64,000 nt of DNA from Mizuhopecten yessoensis (lineage: Eukaryota). Location: contig NW_018408895.1 in NCBI RefSeq assembly GCF_002113885.1, forward strand, positions 1,057,565-1,121,564, in the 5' to 3' direction. Below, piece after piece: positions 53,883 through 64,000 of this stretch; position 1 is the stretch's first letter, and every line of letters starts with the position of its first letter. Below the pieces are notes generated by a model that saw only the letters and a program-made list of their open reading frames with translations, searched no databases and was not told the DNA's origin. The translations under genes were made by a program, and so were the position numbers.

Positions 53883-54686
53883 CTCATTTGTCACCGTCCA
53901 CAGCTGGCAGAACTAACATTGGTTTGTCACCATCCACAGCTGGTAGAACTAACACTCATTTGTCACGGTCCACAGCTGGTAGAACTAACACTCATTTGTC
54001 ACAGTCCACAGCTGGTAGAACTAACACTCATTTGTCGACGTCCACAGCTGGTAGAACTAACACTCATTTGTCACAGTTCACAGCTGGTAGAACTAACACT
54101 CATTTGTCGACGTCCACAGCTGGTAGAACTAACACTCATTTGTCGACATCCACAGCTGGTAGAACTAACACTCATTTATCACCGTCCACAGCTGGTAGAA
54201 TTATCACTGATTTGTCACCGTCCACAGCTGGTAGAACTATCACTCATTTGTCACCGTCCTAAGCTGGTAGAACTAACACTGATTTGTAACCGTCCACAGC
54301 TGGTAGAACTAACACTGATTTGTCACCATCCACAGCTGGTAGAACTAACATTGATTTGTCACAATCCACAGCTGGTAGCTGGTAGAAGTAACACTCATTT
54401 GTCGACGTCCACAGCTGGTAGAACTAACACTCATTTGTCACCGTCCACAGCTGGTAGAACTATCACCGATTTGTCACCGTCCACAGCTGGTAGAACTATC
54501 ACTGATTTGTCACCATCCACAGCTGGTAGAACTAACACTCATTTGTCACCGTCCACAGCTGGTAGAACTAACACTCATTTGTCACCATCCACAGCTGGTA
54601 GAACTAACACTGATTTGTCACCGTCCACAGCTGATAGAACTATCACTGATTTGTCACCGTCCACAGCTGGTAGAACTAACACTGAC
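53883..54686. repeat. Minisatellite, 36 bp unit, ~22 copies
   Basis: CATTTGTCACCGTCCACAGCTGGTAGAACTAACACT repeated. Confidence 0.97.
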
Positions 54687-55407
54687 ATACCTGTAGATGA
54701 ACAACTGCCCTACTGACTCTCCGACCTTGCCACCTGTATGCCTGAACACTGTTACGAGTTGTGCTCAAAGAAGGCATCACATCCTGGACCAGGGAAGGTC
54801 TACATCTCTGTTTTTTGACTCAATATGTGTGTTTGGTGATTCCCCTCAAAGAATATTTTTTGTGCTTGTGGTATGTATGAAAACACAAGTCGGGCCTGCT
54901 GTGTCTACCTACTGATGTCAATTGACAGGCCATCAAGGTACCAACTATTACCCGATATTCATATCGATTGGCAAGACATTGTCTTGGAATATGGTGACCT
55001 TTTTCAGACAACATTACACGATACCCTAAAATATCAGTAATAAACCTGATCCAAAAATAGGCCTGATTTGAATATAGGCCTTGGATTCCATGCAGTCAAA
55101 TAGATGGAAGTAAGCCACAGTTTCTAAAATAGGCCAGCCTTGAAAAAAAAAATTGGCTTTAGTAAATTTGCAACTGACAATGGAATAAAAACCTGAAAAT
55201 ATCTATAGCATTGGTGTAATTTGCGTACCTCCTAACTTCATACTATATTTCAGCACCAAAATAACACTGTGCATTAAGTTACACAAATTCCCACTGTAAA
55301 TGGTTGTTTATATTAGTAGCTGTAATAATGCAACTAATATGACATGAACTGTTTAAAAGGCTTACAATGTAAAACAGCATTGAAAATAAGCGGTACATGC
55401 ATTACAG

Positions 55408-55859
55408 TTTTATTAGCTCACCTGGCCCAAAGGGCCAAGTGAGCTTATGCCGTTTTGCGGCGTCCGTCGTCCGTCCGTCGTCAATATTTTACTTTAAGCA
55501 ACTTCTTCTCAATAACCAAAATAACTATTTGGCCAGTAGCATGCTGGAATAAGGGGGTACCAAGTTTGTTCAAATGAATGACCTTGACCCACTTTCAAGG
55601 TCACAGGTCAAATGTTTTAAAATCTTCAACAAACTTCTTCTCATTAACCAAAAGGCCCAGGGTACTGATATTGGGCCTGTAGCAATCAGGGCTACCAAAT
55701 TTGTTCAAATAACCTTGACCCACTTTCAACCTAATGTCATTGTTTGACATTCAAGGTCACACTGATATTTTGCCTGTAGCTGTATTTTAGTCCACTTTTA
55801 AGATTACAAGTGTGAGATTAATACCAGGTGAGCGATGCAGGCCCATTGGGCCTCTTGTT
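55408..55859 (+). mobile_element. HINE/Helentron-type non-autonomous element
   Basis: 5' TTTATTAGCTCACCTGGCCC-AAA-GGGCCAAGTGAGCT hairpin, (GTCC)n; 3' CAGGTGAGCGATGC + AGGCCC-ATT-GGGCCT + CTTGTT. Confidence 0.9.
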
Positions 55860-56611
55860 GTAAGTGGTAGTCAATTATTGATGTAAAGGCAGAGGTCACT
55901 GGGGGTCAAATGTTATACATACACAGAGGGTCAGCTGTTAGTGGTAGTCAACTGTTTAACGTCAGAGGTAATTGAAGGTCAGATATTAAGGGTAGTTAAC
56001 TGTGGATGTCAAGGAAGAGGTCATTCATTTTAAATGTTAATGATATTGAACTGTTGGTGTCGGGGCAAAGGTCATTCAAGGTCAAGACAGAGAGACATAA
56101 AATTTAGCTTCGTCAGGTTAATATAGCCGGATTAAATGCTAACCTTTGACAGTTAGGCAATAGAGAGAACTATAAGTATACCTATATACCATAGAGTTTG
56201 TTAAAAGGCTGGTAAACCAGGGATGGATGTATCCGCAGCCATAGAGGAGCTGTACGCCAGGTCAGAGTTATAGGCCAACTCATTTATTTACCGATTCCAA
56301 TAAATCTCAAAGTGTTGTTCCTAGTGTTGATGTAGGCTGGATTGATATTGGAAATACATGTCTCTCCTAGCTGTGATGTAATGGTAACAGTGTTCAGGAT
56401 ATGGGAAATGCATGTGATTCTCTCAGTAAATTGCAGTGTTGCTGATGAAGATTTAAAAATTATCAATGAAGAAAGCAAGATAATATAAACTGCCTTCCAT
56501 AATGTGCATTTACCCTCCGTACCTCACACATTTAGACGGGGAAGTGTGACTGTAATTAAGAATATTGGTGATAAATCACCAGCAATAAAATAGAGTACAG
56601 GTCCCTGCCTG

Positions 56612-58738
56612 ATCAGCTGATGGTATGGGGAATATCCTCAACAGTCACTGTATCGGCTGATGGTATGGGGAATACCCTCAACCGTCACTCTATCAGCTGT
56701 AGATACAGGAAATATACTCAACAGTCACTGTATCAGCTGATGGTATGGGGAATATCCTCAACAGTCACTGTATCGGCTGATGGTATGGGGAATACCCTCA
56801 ACAGTCACTCTATCAGCTGTTGATACAGGAAACACACTCAACAGTCACTGTATCAGCTGATGGTATGGGGAATACCCTCAACAGTTACTGTATCAGCTGT
56901 AGATACAGGAAATACACTCAACAGTCACTGTATCAGCTGATGGTATGGAGAATACCCTCAACAGTCACTGTATCAGCTGATGGTATGGAGAATACCCTCA
57001 ACAGTCACTGTATCAGCTGATGGTATGGAGAATACCCTCAACAGTCACTGTATCAGCTGATGGTATGGAGAATACCCTCAACAGTCACTGTATCAGCTGA
57101 TGGTATGGAGAATACCCTCAACAGTCACTGTATCAGCTGATGGTATGGAGAATACCCTCAACAGTCACTGTATCAGCTGATGGTATGGAGAATACTCTCA
57201 ACAGTCACTGTATCGGCTGATGGTATGGGGAATACCCTCAACAGTCACTCTATCAGCTGTTGATACAGGAAACACACTCAACAGTCACTGTATCAGCTGA
57301 TGGTATGGGGAATACCCTCAACAGTTACTGTATCAGCTGTAGATACAGGAAATACACTCAACAGTCACTGTATCAGCTGATGGTATGGAGAATACCCTCA
57401 ACAGTCACTGTATCAGCTGATGGTATGGAGAATACCCTCAACAGTCACTGTATCAGCTGATGGTATGGAGAATACCCTCAACAGTCACTGTATCAGCTGA
57501 TGGTATGGAGAATACCCTCAACAGTCACTGTATCAGCTGATGGTATGGAGAATACCCTCAACAGTCACTGTATCAGCTGATGGTATGGAGAATACCCTCA
57601 ACAGTCACTGTATCAGCTGATGGTATGGAGAATACTCTCAACAGTCACTGTATCGGCTGATGGTATGGGGAATACCCTCAACAGTCACTCTATCAGCTGT
57701 TGATACAGGAAACACACTCAACAGTCACTGTATCAGCTGATGGTATGGGGAATACCCTCAACAGTTACTGTATCAGCTGTAGATACAGGAAATACACTCA
57801 ACAGTCACTGTATCAGCTGATGGTATGGAGAATACCCTCAACAGTCACTGTATCAGCTGATGGTATGGAGAATACCCTCAACAGTCACTGTATCAGCTGA
57901 TGGTATGGAGAATACCCTCAACAGTCACTGTATCAGCTGATGGTATGGAGAATACCCTCAACAGTCACTGTATCAGCTGATGGTATGGAGAATACCCTCA
58001 ACAGTCACTGTATCAGCTGATGGTATGGAGAATACCCTCAACAGTCACTGTATCAGCTGATGGTATGGAGAATACCCTCAACAGTCACTGTATCAGCTGA
58101 TGGTATGGAGAATACTCTCAACAGTCACTGTATCGGCTGATGGTATGGGGAATACCCTCAACAGTCACTCTATCAGCTGTTGATACAGGAAATACACTCA
58201 ACAGTCACTGTATCAGCTGATGGTATGGGGAATACCCTCAACAGTCACTCTATCAGCTGTTGATACAGGAAACACACTCAACAGTCACTGTATCAGCTGA
58301 TGGTATGGGGAATACCCTCAACAGTCACTCTATCAGCTGTTGATACAGGAAACACACTCAACAGTCACTGTATCAGCTGATGGTATGGGGAATACCCTCA
58401 ACAGTCACTCTATCAGCTGTTGATACAGGAAACACACTCAACAGTCACTGTATCAGCTGATGGTATGGGGAATACCCTCAACAGTCACTCTATCAGCTGT
58501 TGATACAGGAAACACACTCAACAGTCACTGTATCAGCTGATGGTATGGGGAATACCCTCAACAGTCACTCTATCAGCTGTTGATACAGGAAACACACTCA
58601 ACAGTCACTGTATCAGCTGATGGTATGGGGAATACCCTCAACAGTTACTGTATCAGCTGTAGATACATGAAACACAATCAACAGTCACTGTATCAGCTGA
58701 TGGTATGGGGAATACCCTCAACAGTCCCTGTATCAGCT
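56612..58738. repeat. 40-bp minisatellite, ~53 copies, with higher-order (11/12-mer and dimer) structure
   Basis: ATCAGCTGATGGTATGG(G/A)GAATACCCTCAACAGTCACTGT; variant monomer TGATACAGGA at 56821, 57261, 57701, 58181, then every 80 bp to 58581. Confidence 0.98.
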
Positions 58739-58769
58739 AACAGTGCAGTACATGACTTTACTATTTTCC

Positions 58770-59287
58770 TTTTTATATGCCCATCAAATTTGACAGGAAT
58801 ATTATAGTATGGGGTTGTCCAGCCGGCCGGCTGACCGGCGCAAACTTTTGTTTGTCCTGCAATCTCCTCCTACATTTTTCAACCAATCTCTTTGAAACTT
58901 GGTATACATTATAACCATGATATGTAGTTGTGTCTCCTTTAAAAGAATTTTAATTCGACAATTTTTGCAAAAGTTATTGACCTTTGTTTATTTCAGTATT
59001 TTATTTTTTGTCCGGCAATCTCCTCCTACATTTTTCGACCGATCTCTTTGAAACTTGCTATACATTATCATCATGATATGTAGTTGTGTCTCCTATAAAA
59101 GATACAGAAGTTTGTTCATTTCAGTATTTGATTTTTTTGTCCGGAGATCTCCTCCTTCATTTTTTATAGCATGTCAGCTAACCACTCTTAGAATGATGCA
59201 GAGAGATCTTATTTCAATGTAAGAAAGTATATAACACTATATGGCATTCGACGGGCGTATATTGTTCAGCCCCGCAGTACTCTTGTT
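58770..59287 (+). mobile_element. HINE/Helentron-type element with ~155 bp internal repeats
   Basis: 5' TTTTTATATGCCCATCAAATTTGAC, (GCCG)n; GCAATCTCCTCCTACATTTTTC repeated; 3' TCGACGGGCGTATA...CTCTTGTT. Confidence 0.8.
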
Positions 59288-59984
59288 AATTCTTCAATTA
59301 GAAATGGGACTGAAAGTCATATTGTCTAGTGTGAGACTATATATCGCCCTGACAGTGTAGTAGGTGTTGTGCCCCGTTGGACTTCAGTGACGACTATGGC
59401 CTGTAGGTCTGGTACTCAGCCTGTCTAAATCAGCCAGTAGAAGAGACCCATCCACAGCCACAACCAGGCATTAACAGACAAATACAGATGCTTTTGTTTT
59501 GCGGAAACTATAATTCTAATCCATATAAGGTTAGACGTAGAACATGTAAGATTAAAAGTTCAACTGATCTGTACTCTAGAGAAGTTATATAAAGGTCTTC
59601 TTATTCAACAGTCAGACGAAATAGAAAGGTCCATTCATGTTTTAGGATTCAACCACAGACACAAATAACTTAACAAAAATGTATTATCATCTAGTCACAT
59701 TGGAACAAATAGATACACTAATGTATTTATATCAGACGAAATGCCACTACTGACCAAAAGTGTCCCACACAAGCACTTCAATGCCAGGACCATTAGGGGA
59801 AGGTGTTTGTCAGCAGTCCTTGAGCTTACGAAATATCTAATTAACTATATATGTATCATCAATCCTGATTTATAGACTGGTATTTATTTTTAAGTTTCCT
59901 CCATTTTGATTGGCTGCTTTGTTAAGTGTTTTTTATTTGTTTAAATTTTCCATGCTCACACAATTGGTGGGAGAGGACATCCAT

Positions 59985-62900
59985 CCCGTCATGTACCATC
60001 TTGTTACGTACTGTCGTGTCCCGTCTTGTTACGTACTGTCGTGTCCCATCTTGTTACGTTCTGTCGTGTCCCGTCTTGTTACGTACTGTCATGTCCCATC
60101 TTGTTACGTTCTGTCGTGTCCCGTCTTGTTACGTACTGCCATATCCCATCTTGTTACGTACTGTCATGTCCCGTATTGTTACGTACTGTCATGTCCCGTC
60201 TTGATACTACTGCCATGTCCCGTCTTGTTACCTACTGCCATGTCCCGTCTTGTTACCTACTGCCATGTCCCGTCTTGTTACCTACTGCCATGTCCCGTCT
60301 TGTTACGTACTGTCCTGTCCCCTCTTGTTACGTACTGCCCTGTCCCTTCTTATGTCCCGTCTTGTTACGTACTGTCATATGTCCCGTCTTGTTACGTACT
60401 GTCATATGTCCCGTCTTGTTACGTACTGTCATATGTCCCGTCTTGTTACGTACTGTCATGTCCCGTCTTGTTACGTACTGTCATGTCCCGTCTTGTTACT
60501 ACTGCCATGTCCCGTCTTGTTACGTACTGCCATGTCCCGTCTTGTTACGTACTGTCATGTCCCATCTTGTTACGTACTGTCGTGTCCGGACTTGTTACGT
60601 ACTGTCGTGTCCCGTCTTGTTACGTTCTGTCATGTCCCGTCTTGTTACGTACTGTCATGACCCGTCTTGTTATGTACTGCCATGTCCCGTCTTGGTACGT
60701 ACTGTCCTGTCCCATCTTGTTACGTACTTGTTACGTACTGCCATGTCCCGACTTGTTACGTACTGCCATGTCCCCTCTTGTTACCTACTGTTGTGTCCCG
60801 TCTTGTTACGTACTGTCCTGTCCCATCTTGTTACGTACTTGTTACGTACTGCCATGTCCCGACTTGTTACGTACTGTCGTGTCCCGTCTTGTTACATACT
60901 GTCCTGTCCCATCTTGTTACGTACTGCCATGTCCCCTCTTGTTACCTACTGTTGTGTCCCGTCTTGTTACGTACTGTCCTGTCCCGTCTTGTTACGTACT
61001 GCCATGTCCCATATTGTTACGTACTGCCATGTCCCATCTTGTTACGTACTGCCATGTCCCATCTTGTTACCTACTGTTGTGTCCCGTCTTGTTACGTACT
61101 GTCCTGTCCCATCTTGTTACGTACTGCCATGTCCCGACTTGTTAGGTACTGTCGTGTCCTGTCTTGTTACGTACTGTCGTGTCCAGTCTTTTTACGTACT
61201 GTCCTGTCCCATCTTGTTACTTACTGCCATGTCCCGACTTGTTACGTAATGTCAAGTCCCGTCTTGTTACGTACTGTCGTGTCCCTTCTTATGTCCCGTC
61301 TTGTTACGTACTGTCATGTCCCTTCTTATGTCCCGTCTTGTTACGTACTGCCATGTCCCATCTTGTTTCTTACTGTCATGTCCCGTCTTGTTACGTACTG
61401 TCATGTCCCTTCTTATGTCCCGACTTGTTACGTACTGTCATGTCCCATCTTGTTACGTACTGTCGTGTCCCGTCTTGGTACGTACTGTCATGTCCAGTCT
61501 TGTTGCGGACTGTCATGTCCCGTCTTATTGCGTACTGTCGTGTCCCGTCTTGTTACCTACTGTCATGTCCCGTCTTATTGCGTACTGTCGTGTCCCGTAT
61601 TGTTATGTACTGCCATGTCCCGTCTTGTTACGTACTGTCGTGTCCCGTCTTGTTACCTACTGTCATGTCCCGTCTTGTTTCCTACTGTCATGTCCCGTCT
61701 TGTTATGTACTGTCATGTCCCGTCTTGTTGCGTACTGTCATGTCCCGTCTTATTGCGTAATGTCGTGTCCCGTATCGTTATGTACTGCCATGTCCCGTCT
61801 TGTTACGTACTGTCGTTTCCCGTCTTGTTACGTACTGTCATGTCCCGTCTTGTTGCGTACTGTCATGTCCCGTCTTATTGCGTACTGTCGTGTCCCATAT
61901 CGTTATGTACTGCCATGTCCCGTCTTGTTACGTACTGTCGTGTCCCGTCTTGTTACGTACTGTCCTGTCCCATCTTGTTACGTACTGCCATGTCCCGACT
62001 TGTTACGTACTGTCATGTCCCGTCTTGTTACCTACTGTCATGTCCCGTCTTGTTATGTACTGTCATGTCCCATCTTATTGCGTACTGTCGTGTCCCGTAT
62101 CGTTACGTACTGTCGTGTCCCATCTTGTTACGTACTGTCATGTCCCGGCTTGTTACGTACTGTCATGTCCCATCTTTTTACGTTCTGTCATGTCCCGTCT
62201 TGTTACATACTGTCATGTCCCCTCTTGTTACATACTGTCATGTCCCGTCTTGTTACGTACTGTTATTTCCCGACTTGTTACGTACTGTCATGTCCCATCT
62301 TGTTACGTACTGTCGTGTCACGTCTTGTTACGTACTGTCATGTCCCGCCTTGTTTCCTACTGTCATGTCCCATCTTTTTACGTACTGTCGTGGCCCGTCT
62401 TGTTACGTACTGTCATGTCCAGTCTTGTTGCGTACTGTCATGTCCCGTCTTATTGCGTACTGTCGTGTCCCATATCGTTATGTACTGCCATGTCCCGTCT
62501 TGTTACGTACTGTCGTGTCCCGTCTTTTTACGTACTGTCATGTCCCGACTTGTTACGTACTGTCATGTCCCGACTTGTTACGGACTGTCATGTCTTGTTA
62601 CGTACTGCCATGTCCCATCATGTTTCTTACTGTCATGTCCCGTCTTGTTACGGACTGTCATGTCCAGTCTTGTTGCGTACTGTCATGTCCCGTCTTATTG
62701 CGTACTGTCGTGTCCCATATCGTTATGTACTGCCATGTCCCGTCTTGTTACGTACTGCCATGTCCCGTCTTGTTACGTACTGCCATGTCCCATCATGTTT
62801 CTTACTGTCATGTCCCGTCTTGTTACGTACTGTTATTTCCCGACTTGTTACGTACTGTCATGTCCCATCTTGTTACATACTGTCATGTCCCGTCTTGTTA

Positions 62901-63605
62901 CGTACTGCCATGTCCCATCATGTTTCTTACTGTCATGTCCCGTCTTGTTACGGACTGTCATGTCCAGTCTTGTTGCGTACTGTCATGTCCCGTCTTGTTA
63001 CGTTCTGTCATGTCCCGACTTGTTACGTACTGTCATGTCCCATTTTGTTACGTTCTGTCATGTCCCGTCTTGTAACCTACTGTCATGTCCCGTCTTGTTA
63101 TCTACTGTCATGTCCCATCTTATTGCGTACTGTCGTGGCCCGTATCGTTACGTACTGTCGTGTCCCGTCTTTTTACGTACTGTCATGTCCCGACTTGTTA
63201 AGTACTGTCATGTCCCATCTTGTTACGTACTGTCATGTCCCATCTTTTTACGTTCTGTCATGTCCCGTCTTGTTACATACTGTCATGTCCCCTCTTGTTA
63301 CATACTGTCATGTCCCGTCTTTTTACGTACTGTCGTGTCCCGTCTTTTTACGTACTGTCATGTCCCGACTTGTTAAGTACTGTCATGTCCCATCTTGTTA
63401 CGTACTGTCGTGGCCCGTCTTGTTACGTACTGTCATGTCCCGACTTGTTACGTACTGTCATGTCCCATCTTTTTACGTACTGTCGTGTCCCGTCTTGTTA
63501 AGTACTGTCATGTCCCGTCTTGTTAAGTACTGTCATGTCCAGTCTTGTTACGTACTGTCATGTCCCGTCTTGTTACGTACTGTCATGTCCCGTCTTGTTA
63601 CGTGC
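59985..63605. repeat. Large minisatellite, 25 bp unit, ~145 copies
   Basis: TCTTGTTACGTACTGTCATGTCCCG repeated. Confidence 0.99.
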
Positions 63606-63733
63606 TGTTGAGATTCATTGTCATGACTCTACAAACTTATTTTCATGCAAATTTTCATCAAAGTTTATACAAAGGTCAAATATGAGTTTGTATTTTTAGG
63701 TTCACAAGGTCAAAGCCAAGGTCACTGTTGCTA

Positions 63734-64000
63734 TTTATTAGCTCACCGGGTCTGAAGGATCAAGGTGAGCTTATGCCATACCGTGGCGTCCGTCCGTCAA
63801 CCATTTCTTTAAACGACATCTTCTTCTTAACTATTGATTGGAACTTAACTAAATTTGACCGGAAGCATTCCTAGGTGGTAGGGATTCAAAATTGTACAAA
63901 TGGTGGGGCTGACCCCCATGGGGGCTGAGGGGCGGGTCCAAAAGGGGGCAATTTGGCTATATTGATTTAAGCGACTTTTCCTCTGTAACTAAGAGATGGA
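63734..64000 (+). mobile_element. HINE element 5' part, truncated by window end, inserted next to an older HINE-like fragment (~63630-63733)
   Basis: TTTATTAGCTCACC..GGTGAGCTTATGCC, (GTCC)n, GACCCCCATGGGG..GGGGCGGG; upstream AAGGTCACTGTTGCTA resembles the 42591 core repeat. Confidence 0.85.

Noticed and set aside
53888-54716. Mucin-like ORFs (LSPSTAGRTNTH)n
   Set aside because: 36-bp repeat translation; a 7-bp insertion near 54375 shifts the frame; no convincing splice sites
1283-58738. Arrays with 25-50 bp partly palindromic units as possible CRISPR arrays
   Set aside because: Units are head-to-tail with no unique spacers, there are no cas genes, and the context is eukaryotic
59910-63611. 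Long Cys-rich ORFs (up to 802 aa) resembling keratin-associated or metallothionein-like proteins
   Set aside because: Translations of a 25-bp repeat; all three frames give the same peptide cycle and indels switch between frames freely

Overview
AT-rich eukaryotic genomic DNA with no recognisable protein-coding gene, rRNA, intact tRNA or CRISPR array. The repeat families (tRNA-derived V-domain SINEs, Helentron/HINE-type elements with GCTCACCTG/CAGGTGAGC subterminal inverted repeats, TA-flanked MITEs, many 20-80 bp minisatellites) resemble those of bivalve molluscs. That taxonomic call is inference. About 16 kb (~25%) is tandem repeat in about 20 unrelated arrays, and the longest ORFs in the track are translations of these repeats. 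The window looks like the interior of a very long intron or an intergenic region. The strongest non-repeat signal is at 50179-50266 (+): a pyrimidine-rich 3' splice site fused directly to a consensus 5' splice site (TTTCAG|GTAAGT), with a second GTAAGT donor 41 nt downstream. This is the ratchet-point plus cryptic-exon architecture of recursive splicing. Other points of interest are minisatellites apparently arising from adjacent or host sequence, repeat units built from palindromes, a 40-bp array with higher-order structure, and three long fold-back elements.
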